This document shows positions 36,093 to 49,530 of a stretch of 50,228 nucleotides of DNA, piece after piece. The stretch is taken from NCBI RefSeq assembly GCF_001194135.2, contig NC_068982.1, positions 25,259,535 through 25,309,762 of the forward strand. The letters run 5' to 3'. The stretch is from Octopus bimaculoides. Lineage: Eukaryota. The notes beneath the pieces were generated by a model. The model saw nothing but the letters and a program-made list of their open reading frames with translations. It was not told where the DNA came from and did not search any database. Each line of letters opens with the position of its first letter. Position 1 is the stretch's first letter. Position numbers and translations under genes: made by a program.

Positions 36093-36141
36093 ATTTGGGA
36101 GCTTTTCTGTTTCAATCATTGGAATTGATCTCTGCGCATAA

Positions 36142-36212
<71 letters not shown>

Positions 36213-37094
36213 NNNNNNNNNNNNNNNNNNNNNNNNNNNNNNNNNNNNNNNNNNNNNNNNNNNNNNNNNNNNNNNNNNNNNNNNNNNNNNNNNNNNNNNN
36301 NNNNNNNNNNNNNNNNNNNNNNNNNNNNNNNNNNNNNNNNNNNNNNNNNNNNNNNNNNNNNNNNNNNNNNNNNNNNNNNNNNNNNNNNNNNNNNNNNNNN
36401 NNNNNNNNNNNNNNNNNNNNNNNNNNNNNNNNNNNNNNNNNNNNNNNNNNNNNNNNNNNNNNNNNNNNNNNNNNNNNNNNNNNNNNNNNNNNNNNNNNNN
36501 NNNNNNNNNNNNNNNNNNNNNNNNNNNNNNNNNNNNNNNNNNNNNNNNNNNNNNNNNNNNNNNNNNNNNNNNNNNNNNNNNNNNNNNNNNNNNNNNNNNN
36601 NNNNNNNNNNNNNNNNNNNNNNNNNNNNNNNNNNNNNNNNNNNNNNNNNNNNNNNNNNNNNNNNNNNNNNNNNNNNNNNNNNNNNNNNNNNNNNNNNNNN
36701 NNNNNNNNNNNNNNNNNNNNNNNNNNNNNNNNNNNNNNNNNNNNNNNNNNNNNNNNNNNNNNNNNNNNNNNNNNNNNNNNNNNNNNNNNNNNNNNNNNNN
36801 NNNNNNNNNNNNNNNNNNNNNNNNNNNNNNNNNNNNNNNNNNNNNNNNNNNNNNNNNNNNNNNNNNNNNNNNNNNNNNNNNNNNNNNNNNNNNNNNNNNN
36901 NNNNNNNNNNNNNNNNNNNNNNNNNNNNNNNNNNNNNNNNNNNNNNNNNNNNNNNNNNNNNNNNNNNNNNNNNNNNNNNNNNNNNNNNNNNNNNNNNNNN
37001 NNNNNNNNNNNNNNNNNNNNNNNNNNNNNNNNNNNNNNNNNNNNNNNNNNNNNNNNNNNNNNNNNNNNNNNNNNNNNNNNNNNNNNNNNNNNNN

Positions 37095-37129
<35 letters not shown>

Positions 37130-37639
37130 CATATATATTATACGCATACAGAAAGACACACACACACGTGTGTTTGTATTATCTATATATGTATATAATT
37201 AAATATGTAATTAAATTCATGTATTAATACGATACATAGACACTCCTTATATCTCATGATGTAAGAACGAGCATTCAAGGAGAGTTTGTAATTTTAGGAA
37301 ACGTTGCGGTAAGTGTGGTGATGTTAGGTCCTTTCTAAAACGCATAAGCGCAGTCAGTATCAACTTATATACCGGAATATACTGGGGTCGTAAACTGTGA
37401 TATTTAAATATCCGTAATCGGCATGGTTTATGTGATAGGTCTCATGTAAGCTTTATTGAATTTCAAGAAACTATGCATTCAATACGGTGCTAGATATCCA
37501 CAGATGACTAATGTTTATGAAATCGACCGAATTTATTGCCTGGATATTAGCTTGTATCTGTATCAGTAAATTTGAATATCGTCTCACTGACTTGTACAAA
37601 ATGTAGGCTGATCGGTCCTTAATCACATCAATCCTCCTC

Positions 37640-37842
37640 AAACGGCGTGCTGGCAGAATTGTTACTGCACAGAGCGAAATGCTTAGCGGCACTTCGTTTG
37701 TCTTTACGCTTTGAGTTCCAATTCCAGCTATTCATCCTTTGGGGTTCGTTAAAATAAACACCAGTTCAACACTTGGGTCGAAGTAAACGACTTTTCCCCT
37801 CCCTTGAAATTATTGCACTTGTTCTAAAATTTGAAACCAATA
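37640..37842 (+). mobile_element. OR1-like SINE
   Basis: The sequence GGCGTGCTGGCAGAATTGTTA...AAATGCTTAGCGGCACTTCG...GAGTTCCAATTCC...AATTTGAAACC matches the family. Confidence 0.8.
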
Positions 37843-40199
37843 TTTTCAATCGTTCTGACGTCGTCCCCCCCACCACCACCGCCAAAAAAAATTATGATAG
37901 TTTTATGCTGGAATATCCATGATCATAGACATACTTTTTATGATTTGACTTGCAAGAGTTAAAATGCGAATTCAACAATACCTGATTTGAAGTTGAATGA
38001 TATACTTAACTGAACACCATTCTTAATTTGAAAGTGGAAGAAGTAATTACTCTCTACTGACTAGATCTTGGATAAGTCAGTATATGTATCTCAGATATTG
38101 CAGAGATATTAGATCGAAACTATATGTGAAGCTTTCCAAGGTGCGTTGCTTAAATATAGGTGTCAGTAGCTATATATTTTTCTAGTTTCATAACCTACCT
38201 AACAACCTTAAATCAAAATTAAAATTCTCAATATGAACTGAGAAACACTTTTCCCTTTTTTGTGTTTTTCTTCTTTTCTTGAAGGCTTCTTTACTTCATT
38301 TTCTCACCTACTTTTCGTAATAGTTTTGTGATGATTATTTGAGGTTCCAGCAATATATTGGAACGTTGAGCTATTCAATATATCTAAAGTTTTATCACCT
38401 TTATTTAAGATTGTATACGCTTGTGTTTGATGAGAAAGAACATAACTATGATTAAAGACGTTCCTATCATGACCATCCTATTCAGCTTTAAATCAGATTC
38501 TCCCTACTTCAACATTGTGCAATATAGCATTAATCTTTTGGAAAGCATCTATGTTGTTGTCATTTCAAATATATCTGGCAGTGATTTTAGCATTTAATGT
38601 TGTTATTCTCCTGCCAAATTTTGCTCATATTCAAACATTTAATTTAGCAAACCTTAACATTGTGAGGTTTATGATCTTAGGTATGGTTATGTGTTTCTGC
38701 GGTCATTACAATGGCCTTATGTATTGATGATTAGTGAGGTTATTATGGCGGTGCTTATGGCTATAATTATTGTCTGAGTATTGATGAATCTGATAATAAC
38801 ACTTGTAGTGATTATCATAGTGGCTTTGGGTCATAGTTCATGCGATAAATATGAGGGGTGGTATGAGAAGTTCTTTTATATTGAGCTGATTTTTTTTTAT
38901 AAAAAAAAAATCAAATAAGTTGATTAATAATTAAAACGATGATTAATGTAAGTGAACCGTGAATATGCTAGACGCAGAGTTGATTATTCTTGAAATGCAG
39001 AGTTGGAAATTGTTATGATATTCGTCCTATAATGCTACAGTACTTGATTCATGTAGAGTATTGATTCATTTTCCATACAATATACTTGCAATCAGTTGCA
39101 ATCAGATTTCTCCCTATATATATANNNNNNNNNNNNNNNNNNNNNNNNNNNNNNNNNNNNNNNNNNNNNNNNNNNNNNNNNNNNNNNNNNNNNNNNNNNN
39201 NNNNNNNNNNNNNNNNNNNNNNNNNNNNNNNNNNNNNNNNNNNNNNNNNNNNNNNNNNNNNNNNNNNNNNNNNNNNNNNNNNNNNNNNNNNNNNNNNNNN
39301 NNNNNNNNNNNNNNNNNNNNNNNNNNNNNNNNNNNNNNNNNNNNNNNNNNNNNNNNNNNNNNNNNNNNNNNNNNNNNNNNNNNNNNNNNNNNNNNNNNNN
39401 NNNNNNNNNNNNNNNNNNNNNNNNNNNNNNNNNNNNNNNNNNNNNNNNNNNNNNNNNNNNNNNNNNNNNNNNNNNNNNNNNNNNNNNNNNNNNNNNNNNN
39501 NNNNNNNNNNNNNNNNNNNNNNNNNNNNNNNNNNNNNNNNNNNNNNNNNNNNNNNNNNNNNNNNNNNNNNNNNNNNNNNNNNNNNNNNNNNNNNNNNNNN
39601 NNNNNNNNNNNNNNNNNNNNNNNNNNNNNNNNNNNNNNNNNNNNNNNNNNNNNNNNNNNNNNNNNNNNNNNNNNNNNNNNNNNNNNNNNNNNNNNNNNNN
39701 NNNNNNNNNNNNNNNNNNNNNNNNNNNNNNNNNNNNNNNNNNNNNNNNNNNNNNNNNNNNNNNNNNNNNNNNNNNNNNNNNNNNNNNNNNNNNNNNNNNN
39801 NNNNNNNNNNNNNNNNNNNNNNNNNNNNNNNNNNNNNNNNNNNNNNNNNNNNNNNNNNNNNNNNNNNNNNNNNNNNNNNNNNNNNNNNNNNNNNNNNNNN
39901 NNNNNNNNNNNNNNNNNNNNNNNNNNNNNNNNNNNNNNNNNNNNNNNNNNNNNNNNNNNNNNNNNNNNNNNNNNNNNNNNNNNNNNNNNNNNNNNNNNNN
40001 NNNNNNNNNNNNNNNNNNNNNNNNNNNNNNNNNNNNNNNNNNNNNNNNNNNNNNNNNNNNNNNNNNNNNNNNNNNNNNAGAGAGAGAGAGAGAAGAGAGA
40101 GAGAGATACATATATAAACATATCCACCATAAATAAACGGCAGATTAATACATTTCTCGATTTTGCTTTTTTCAAACTTTCAACTTGTTTAAGACATTA

Positions 40200-40385
40200 G
40201 AATGTGGTCATGGTGAGACACCACCTTTGAGAAGGAGTTTTAGTCGAATGACTCGACCCTACTTCTTGTTTTCTTTTTGAGTATGCTGCGTATTCTATCG
40301 ATCTTTTGCCGAACGGCTATTTTACGGGGATGTAAACACACTATCATATCTTCTCAAGCCTTGTTGGGGGACCAACACAGAAACA
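40200..40385 (-). mobile_element. OR2-like SINE 3' half
   Basis: The reverse complement ...GTGTTTACATCCCCGTAAAATAGCCGTTCGGCAAAAGATCGATAGAATA...GGTGGTGTCTCACCATGACC matches the tail at 7220-7345. Confidence 0.7.
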
Positions 40386-42511
40386 AAAACACAGCACGCA
40401 CACACACGCATATACATACATACGCACGCACACACACACACACACACACACACATGCACCCACACACGCACAGACACACACACACGCACACACGCACTCA
40501 CACACACACACATATACATCATTTCATGCGTCTCCTGTACAAGTCGCTACTGGTGGTACCCTATCTCATATTGACAATATTTTGGTGGATCAATTTTCCG
40601 GGTGCCGGAAACGGGTGTATTTCTTCCCGCGACTACATTTGCACCAAAGCCATCTGACGCATGTGTGCCACAAAGAACAAGTCGATACATTCGTCTTAGC
40701 TTCATACGAATTTCTGCTGGCGCGCGTATGAGCTTGTGTCTGTGCATGTGTATGCGTGAGTATGTCTGTTTGTGTAAGTGTAAAACCAGTTGATAACGTT
40801 TCTCTTGTCAACAGATGCATGCTTCATACTTCCATGCCAAATTAATATTGATGATGTGATTAATTCAGAAACAATCAGTCTGGCCTGTCTTCAATGGTTT
40901 CATCTGTCCTTAACAATACACTGGTCGCTGTTCATCAATCACAACTTATATGAACTTCTTACATTCACAAGTCACAAGTCGTTATAACTTTTGGCGCGAT
41001 ACATTCCATCCATAAACTTTGAAAAACATTTTTTTTTCTCTCTCACAGAACTCACGGTTTCTAACTAAATTCCTTCACAATGTCTCCGGCATTCATATAC
41101 CATTATCTCTACATATTTATGTCGTACACACAAGCGCATGTACGCATACAGGGATACTGATTATTTATATACGTCTTAAAAAAAATTTCATCCCTAAACA
41201 TTATGTCTTGTTTCCTTGTTTTACCTGTCATGTTTAAGTGTATTTCTTACATTGAATTGTTCAACATTCTTTAAGCCTTTCGCCAGTTTATATGTAATAA
41301 CAATCCTTAATGTCCATGTGTGTGAATGAGTGTGTGTGTTTTGTAAGTCAGTGTCGGAGTCGGTGTATGTATGTGTATGGCTGTGCGTGTAAGGTTGTGC
41401 GTGTATGGGTGTGTGTGTGTTTGTGTGCATGTTTGTGCAATCTGTATGTTTGACTGTGTGTATGTATGTGCATGTCTACTGTAACGAATCATATTTGAAC
41501 CTCACAAAAAACATCTACATACTTATTCGCTGAGAAACTGTAAAGTATATGTCTAATGACAAATATAGCTGGGACTGTGACCATTACCTGTGGGGAAATA
41601 TACAAACGGCAAATTCGTATGCTATTTTAGCCGCACAAAAATATACATGTATATTTGCCTTTCAGAAATCTTTCGTGGCACAATGATGTTTTAACTGTCT
41701 TTTTTGCAAGGGAGACGTATTTGACGTGCCTTCTTATAAACAGTTCTCAGTCACGTGTGTGGAACATAAGGCTATCAAAAACCTCCTGCGTTACAAACTG
41801 TGCGAAAATATGCTGAGAGTTTTACCACGAAATGTATTTAATACGTAAATCAAAATAACTAGAATCGATTAAGGCAAATCATAGCATTACTGAAATTCAA
41901 ACATCACTGCTTAATTTATCTAATCAAGGTATTTATTAGGAGGAAGCTTCTACACTTAATTAATTAAATATTAGGTGGAGAAATGGGGAATATAATTGAG
42001 AGATAAGTAAAAGAGAAACAATAAATCTCAAATTAACATATAAAGACAATATGCGTTATATTAACCATATGGCAACATTCAAAGTTGTTTAGACATTTCA
42101 TCGACGACTCGTTTATTTATACTAATATATATGTATGTATATATATATATATATATATATAGATAGATAGATAGATAGATATACATATACATACATATAT
42201 ACATATACATCATTTTGTGTCATGGTATTATATATAAACTTATGCATGCATAAATGTTTTTCTGTGGTTTGTATGTGTGCGTATGCATATGTATTTGTAA
42301 GCAGAGAGAGAGAGAGAGAATGAAATGTAAATACCATCGAAGAGACTGCTCCAAAAGCTCGATAAGCAAGAAGTTAGATAGATTGTGAAATAGATATATA
42401 CATAGATACATAGATACATAGATACATACATACATACATACATACATACATACAGTTCAATACCGAGTAGGAAAATGCACATACAAACGTATATATGTAT
42501 ACATATGTGTG

Positions 42512-42563
<52 letters not shown>

Positions 42564-43559
42564 ATATGTATGTATGCATATATACACACGTATACATATA
42601 CATGTATATAATGAAGTAACCAATCGATTATGTGGAATTAATTGCAAGACAATAATGTGCTGAAGCTTCACGAATGGTTAAACAATCGGTGATTATTATC
42701 TTCGCAGTCACTCCCAAGGGAGAGAAATTTAGTGCGGTGAAACAATCTATCTCACCCACCCCCTCATACTTCTAAAGTTATGTCCCATGAATATTCTAAA
42801 AACCACTTGGATAAACGCCAAACTTCAGAAGGTTTGTAAAAGCAAGTCGATCAATACTGAATAAATAGATGCTGTGTTGCTGCATTTCTTAAAATTTCAA
42901 GTTTTTCAAATGCGTATGTCTCTGTTTCACCGTCTATTAGAGTAAGATTTACTTCTTTTTATTATTATTATGTTCTGGCTTATATTTGTTTTGTTGATTT
43001 AATTATTGATGTTCTTTTCTCATGTTTCTCTGTGTGTCATGTTTATTTTCTCTGTGTATGGGTACCTATGCGTATGGTGTATACTTCGTTATTAATGTAT
43101 GTGTATTTATCTTTATTGAGAGTCATATATATCTGGTTTTGCGTGACTACATAAATACACATGTGCGCATACGCATACATATATACATTGATACATAATA
43201 TTAATTGTATAGTATGTATTATAAAGTGCACCGCTGGCAACCCATCTATGATATGATAATAAATTTCTCAACTGGTACATAATCATATATTTAATAAACA
43301 TATAAACATATTAAGTTATCTCTGCATTTGTAGTTTTATATCCCCATGCCTGCTTTAATCGAGTAGTGATATAGCACGCATATATTCTGCCAAATACGAA
43401 GCACGTTTTTACGAACCATCTCCCCGTTTTTCAATTTATCCTCCTAGGTAAAAGCAACTCTTTGCTTACTTGCAGTAATGACTACCATGAAATGCACCAC
43501 ACTATTATGGATATATTTCACTCTTTTGTCGTATATATTCCTTTAGACCCGTAGATTCT

Positions 43560-44300
43560 GTTATTGACTACGATGTAGACCGACATCTATTTTAGGTGGG
43601 GGTGTTCATTTGAATAGTTTTTTTCGGGCTGAGGGAGCTGTATCGAAGTTTTCGTAATTGACTTTGTTACGTGAAAGAGATGAGATAACATTATTCTTGT
43701 AAGTTTTTGTAGTGTCCTAAGAATTGTTTGTTTGTGTATATGGTGGTAGTTTTTCTCAGGGACTATAAGCATCCTAGCTTCTTCCATTTCTGGTAGTTTT
43801 TCTTCCTGTAGATATTTTTCCACTGTGTATATATGTCGTTTGTTCACAAAGTATTATGATAGATGGGTGAATAATTTCTGTCCATAGTTTGTTTATTATG
43901 TTTCGCAATGAAGGTATTAAGGACCCTGCCTATACAAAGAGTTATTCTACGATGGATACATCACTGTTATTGGTTACCAATGATGGCAAAATACATTAGC
44001 TCTCATTACTCTAAATATGTGAGTCTTGTTTCGCATTCTATCTGGTATCTTCTGCGTGCTGTGTGGATGCTGGAGAGAAGTCATAGGTATCTCTTAGTAT
44101 TTTTATCTTCTAAATGTTTCTCTCTGTTCTTACGAAAGATGTTCCATAGTATTTGGTATTTGCTGGTATTGCTTGTAAAGTATAAAGAGGAGGTTCAGAT
44201 GAAGGTGGTATCTGTTTATTGTTATGGAGTTAGGTTAGTAGGTGATTAAAATAGGACGAAGTATTTTTGTTGTAGTGTCTGGAGAATGATGGTTGGATGT
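43560..44300 (-). mobile_element. Decayed RTE-like LINE reverse transcriptase fragment
   Basis: The minus strand reads KYLQEEKLPEMEEARMLIVPEK...TILRTLQKLTRIMLS...QP..KNYS. This aligns by eye with RT domains 1-2 (IPxxWKEAxxxLIPKK...YRPISLLxxLYKLFTRI...QPxEQAGFRxxYS). Confidence 0.55.
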
Positions 44301-45199
44301 TATAGTGATGCCTCATGAGCACAAGCTATGTTTTAAGGGTTGTATACTTGTACTATAAATAGGCTTTGCTTTCAGGCTTCTTGTTTGATAACCAGTAGTT
44401 TGTTTGTGGTGATAAATAGTAAGCGGTCCGAGAAAAGCTAGCAGGATTATTTTTCAAGTGTTTGTAGTAGCTATGTCTGGGAACAGAATTCGGTGTCTAT
44501 AAAAGAGCCGTCGTACTTGACTTGTCGAGATAAGTGTGCGTGGTTGGCAAGGACATTTTAAGATGTAAATGGAGACTAGTTGCAATTATATTTTCAGCAA
44601 ATCTGTCGTTATCTATACTTTTTATGTTATGCAATTAATATAACTTCCGTCATTGTTTACGGGTCTGTCTAGTCGAATATAAGTATCATTTTATATGGTG
44701 GACATTGAATATTCTATTTTTTTTAATTATTCCTACATTCATATCACGAAAGATGATAAACTATTTTTATTCTGTAAAGGAATTCTTTTGTTTTTTTTTT
44801 GTTTTTTTTGACGCCATTAGCGATCTCTTACAGAATACTTATATTTTTATGAGACGTTTACAGCGTTCATTTTTCTATGTAAAATATTTATTTTAAATGT
44901 ATTTTGTGTTTGACTTGGGAGGTGAGTAGACTCTACCGTCTTGCGCTATCTTCGTTGTTACGTTATTATTTCTGCAAAAATCGTGATTTTTCTTGTGTGC
45001 GAATGTGTGTGAATGTGTGCATGTGTGTGTACGTGTGTCTCTCTCTGTCTGTCTGAGTGTGCCTGTGTGCGCCCGTATGTGTTATTTGGTAAAGTTTTTC
45101 TGAGTGTGTTGAAGACTCTTAAAACTCTTACGTTTGCAAGAGTTAAAAGACCGCTTCGTGCACTGTTGTAGCTTCTGCCATTATCTGATGGCGATAGAA

Positions 45200-46600
45200 G
45201 GTTCCGAAATTAATATTTCTCTGCTCTAAGAATTTATCATCCATCAGGATTTCTATCTATGACCGTCAATCTTCATTTCTAATGGACTAATTCAGTAACA
45301 GATAATGTTTATATTAAACCATATTGGAAACAGTTAGGCTGAATTGTAACAATAAGTTCTCATCATCCAAGGAAAAAGATTGCTTCTCCTGATATGATTA
45401 TTGCGACATCAATGTAGGCGAATTCTCAAATTCATATTTCCTCAAGACAACCATGAAATTTAAAGAAATTTTTACTTCTTACAACTGCAAAATCCTTTCT
45501 AGCCAATGCGATTTCCTATGACCCCATATCCGTTAGAGCACCAAATGCAACCAACTTTACACAGAACTGGAAGGGAAGAATTCTTGTTCAAATTTCTAAA
45601 AACGCTTAAATACAACTATTTCTTTATTGATTGTACCAGTTTATTTTCTGCTTCATTTTTAATGGTTTGTATTGAGACTTCAAATTACATTCCAGTAATT
45701 GATTTTCTTCTGACTATCAACTCATTTACATCTTTGTTATAAATATGTGCATATTCTTTAAAGATAGTTTTGTTAAATGTTAATCTAGAAATCCTGATGG
45801 ATATGATGTGAAGGAAGCCATTAATCCTTTTCTTCGTGCGATTATAGTATTTACTGATGCAATGGATACTCCGTTGGTTTGTGTAGGGATAGATCGATGA
45901 ATATCCAGGTTTTTATGTGAAAGCCAGAACACTTATGTTTTGAGGTGGGATTCTGCAGGCATTTTTCTTTTCGAGGTTTAAGTCTTTAAAAGAAGTATAT
46001 GAAATATTTTGAGATATTTCAGTTATAAATTAACCTCAGAACGATAAGAAAACCCTTCCCTTAAATACAAAGATCTCTGTATATAAGCGGAAATTTTGGT
46101 TAAGTAATTTTAAAATAATTAGGGTACTGTAGTCATTAGCTCCCATACTATTGTCAAAGTGTTAAATTTTTTTTTGTTTTCTTCTCTCAGTACTTGGTAT
46201 TTTGAATACATGGATTTGGATTTTCTTCTTTGAAAAATACAGCAGATATTTTGATGTTATTGTTTTGGCGGATGTTATTGTATAGTGAATTACGTCTACC
46301 AATCTTTTTTGGTGATCCAATGATAATTATATCTTCTATCAAGCTGAAAACATAATATTCATATTTATTTTATATTTCTTTAAACAGTATATTACAATAA
46401 AAGACGTCTTCCAGTGTGGTAGTGGGAGTTGTGGTATAAATTTATAAATGATTGACACTATAACAGAATTGTTTGCAGTTCCTATGTCTGTTTTAAACAT
46501 TATTATCAATGTGGAAGATGGATATTGTGTGAAATTGGGCTTGGTATTACTTAAAAATTTATGCATACTTGATCCGGTATTATGCATAAGTTAGATATTA
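45200..46600 (-). mobile_element. Possible very old LINE RT remnant
   Basis: Scattered motif-like peptides appear in plausible order (LPLPHWKTSFIV, FAYIDVAII, DKFL), but the spacing is imperfect. Confidence 0.25.
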
Positions 46601-47053
46601 CTGCATTTCATATATTCTAGTTTCCCCCTCTTCCATGCAACAACGGCTCCTTCAACACCACCCCGATGGAGAAGATTCTCCAAACTTCTCGCTTTCAATT
46701 CACCTCTACATTACAAAACTTTAGATAATCCACTCCAAATCTCCTCTTCCACTACAATAGGATATCCGCTTGCTTATAAAGGTGGTACAAAGTAAAGAAA
46801 TAACTGTGGATTCTTCAATAAAACAAACTTAAAAAAAACAAGCTTTCACTTCCATAACGCTAAAACAATGAGCCGAAGAAATCGCTCCTACACTCAGCAA
46901 AATTTTTAATTTCTCCGTAACTTCGGTGATATAGCCCGACATTTAGTTGCCCGATACAATATCTTTCATTCCATTGCAGCCAATCTCCGTAACTCGATAA
47001 ATTCTCGCACGACTGCATTCACTACTAACAATTCCAAGATAATGACAGCCATT

Positions 47054-47057
<4 letters not shown>

Positions 47058-47145
<88 letters not shown>

Positions 47146-47170
47146 CCTAAATCTCTCTAAATCTCTCTCT
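47058..47170. repeat. (CT)n microsatellite
   Basis: Directly visible. Confidence 0.97.
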
Positions 47171-47580
47171 CTCTAAATCTCACTTTTCCCTATAACAGCA
47201 GAAAAGGCATTCGCAGAGACAGACCCACTGGTGTCTTACGTTCATGATTCTCAACTGTGATCGTTAGGTTTAGAGAAGTTCATATAAAGCAATATTTTTT
47301 ACTCTAGACACCAGCAGGGCGGTGTCTCAACGTGTTCGTGAATGGGATTTTCTATGCAGAGTTCCAACTTCAGCATCTAACCATCAGATATCCCTTCGAA
47401 TTATATCTTCTTATCAGTGTAGCTTGGATGCATGTGTTTACGGAGATATTTCTTTCCTACTCTCACTCAATACGAGTATTCCCCACTGATCGTTTCTTTC
47501 CCCCACTCTTTTCCTTCTATGCACCAAGAATCTGCTTGCCGAAACACAACACAACCCCCACATTTATGCAGATAATACTA

Positions 47581-48167
47581 CAGTTCTATATTTAAGAGAT
47601 GAGGAATTATGTACATTATTTACATTTGACGGATATTTGTCCCCATCTTGTTTGTAATACAAAAGCAATAGAACATTTCGCAAATATCTCCGAGTAAAAC
47701 CACCAACAGAAGAGAATATGACCAAAAACTGCGTGTACTCCATCCCATGCAGCTGTGGTAAGTTATACAAAGGTGAAACATGCCGCCCCTCAAAATAAGG
47801 GTAGAGGAACATCGCAAAGCTGTGACACGAGGAGAAATTGAGAAATCGGGTATAACTAATCATGTATGGAAAAATGGAGACCACCTCTGCCTGTGGGATG
47901 AAGTTAAATTAATAGACAGAGAGCACCACTGGAAAATACGAAAAGTAAATGAAGCACCACATATGCTAGGACACAACCCCCTAAGCAGACCGAGTGTAGA
48001 TATGAATAGCATATGGGAACCGGTATTAAAGAAGGCTAGGAAAATATTAGATTTATAAGCCCTAAAATTTACTCCATAAGCCCTAAAATTGCCCACTGGC
48101 ATATGGCGTAGTGGTTAAGAGCGTGGTCTACTAACCCTAAGATTCCGACTTCGATTCCAGGTAGTGA

Positions 48168-48242
<75 letters not shown>

Positions 48243-48350
48243 GAACAACAACAACAACATCGAAAAATACCTTAGGAATGAGAACCCATGTTCGAAATTT
48301 CGCCAACAACAAACAAGATGATGACAAATATCCGTCAAATGTAAATAATG
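47581..48350 (+). mobile_element. 5'-truncated PLE (Poseidon-like GIY-YIG) insertion with inverted terminal copy and target-site duplication
   Basis: The GIY-YIG reads CVYSIPCSCGKLYKGETCRP/LKIRVEEHRKA...WDEVKLIDREHHWKIRK...SIWEPVL (47716-48055, one frameshift). The 3' end 48310-48350 is repeated in inverted form at 47614-47654 (39/41 identical). CAGATAATACTA is duplicated at 47569-47580 and 48351-48362. Confidence 0.88.
48099..48350 (+). mobile_element. tRNA-headed terminal module of the PLE, hammerhead deleted
   Basis: It has an A-box TGGCGTAGTGG (48104), a B-box-like ACTTCGATTCC (48148), (AAT)n(AAC)n, and the same body and tail as 9899-10215. It lacks the about 49 nt equivalent to 10121-10169. 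Confidence 0.88.
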
Positions 48351-49012
48351 CAGATAATACTATCCTTCATTTCTATCTAAATTTCTCTAACTATGCAACC
48401 TAAACAACACATGAAGAACCTACCTTCAATACTGGAAACCTTGAAGGCGTCATTCAGTGATAAGTGTATTAAGGAAACGTCATCGTATCACAGCCTCTCT
48501 AGACATAAGCGGCAGACAGCTAGAGCCCTCAGAGTTTCTATAAATGCTAATACTAACTACCACCGAATATCTATCATAGCGAGAGTACATCCTTTGTATC
48601 GCTACGTTCGTATCCCAAATACTAACTTTAGAATTTAGGGCGAGAAAATATCTCCGACTCCATCATCTGCGGACACAATAAAAAGCTTAATATTAGATGG
48701 TTCTGCCACTACTTACACGTACCTTCTTGCTCGTATCCAGAGAGAAACCAAGAAACACCAAGAGACAGACTGCAGTTTCTTGTCTGTTCTTACTGTCATT
48801 TCTCCTGCTATTAAAATGGTCATCGCTCCTCAGAGCTGGCATCTCCATCTTTCATAACATTTGGTGCGTCCAATTCACTTTTCCAGCATTAAAAATATTC
48901 CTAATTATTCATTTCCAGAACACTGTTCCACTGAAATCTCCGCCTGCTCTTGTCTTTCCTATGGGTGTTGATATCTTAAACAGGGAATTAACGGCATCAA
49001 ACCAACAGTCTA

Positions 49013-49013
49013 A

Positions 49014-49067
<54 letters not shown>

Positions 49068-49074
49068 CAGCAGC

Positions 49075-49126
<52 letters not shown>
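49013..49126. repeat. (AGT)n microsatellite with (AGC) interruption
   Basis: Directly visible; it explains the poly-Ser and poly-Thr ORFs. Confidence 0.97.
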
Positions 49127-49530
49127 AGGTGGCGAACTGGAAGAATCGTTAACATACTGGATAAAATGCTTAGCGGCATTTTCTCTGGTTTTATATTCTG
49201 AATAGATATTACGCCGAGGCAGACGTTGACTTTCATCCTTTCGGGTTCAATAAAATAAGTATCAATCAATTGCTGGGTTCAATGTGATCGACTTCGTTCT
49301 TCCCTCGGAAGGAAACTGTTTGTCCTGTGCCAAAATTTGAAACCATAATGTAGCTAGCTGGCAGAACAATCAACTCGCCGGACTAACGCTCGGCGGCATT
49401 TCGTACGGCTTTACATCCTGTGTTCAAATTACACAGAGTCGATAAAATAAGAAGCAGTTGAGTACTGGTGTCGATGTAATCGACTTGCCCCTTTCCCACA
49501 AAAACTTCAAGCCCGGAGCCTATAGTTCAA
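49127..49530 (+). mobile_element. Two tandem OR1-like SINE copies (about 49127-49350 and 49352-49530)
   Basis: Both carry the head (GGCGAACTGGAAGAATCGTTAAC; AGCTGGCAGAACAATC) and the GATAAAATAAG...GATCGAC/TAATCGAC body. The second copy is internally deleted. Confidence 0.78.

Larger units (their letters stand above)
783..40078. other. Assembly gaps (N-runs)
   Basis: Approximate positions are 783-903, 5381-5614, 8773-8966, 13554-14147, 15129-15436, 19457-19616, 20803-21307, 29615-29714, 31693-31702, 33354-33363, 35096-35188, 36213-37093 and 39125-40078. Nearly all abut microsatellites. Confidence 0.98.
46615..48950 (+). mobile_element. Decayed CR1/Jockey-like LINE RT, interrupted by (CT)n and a PLE insertion
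   Basis: Collinear motifs are FPPLPCNNGS and AEEIAPTLSKIFN (46620-46930), FR..R.TG and LDTSRA (47210-47320), and SIPH.SFLSPTLFLL (about 47480-47520). YADNT is split at 47580/48351, followed by LLARIQR (about 48730). Confidence 0.7.

Noticed and set aside
48697-49269. Poly-Ser and poly-Thr ORFs
   Set aside because: They are produced by the (AGT)n microsatellite.
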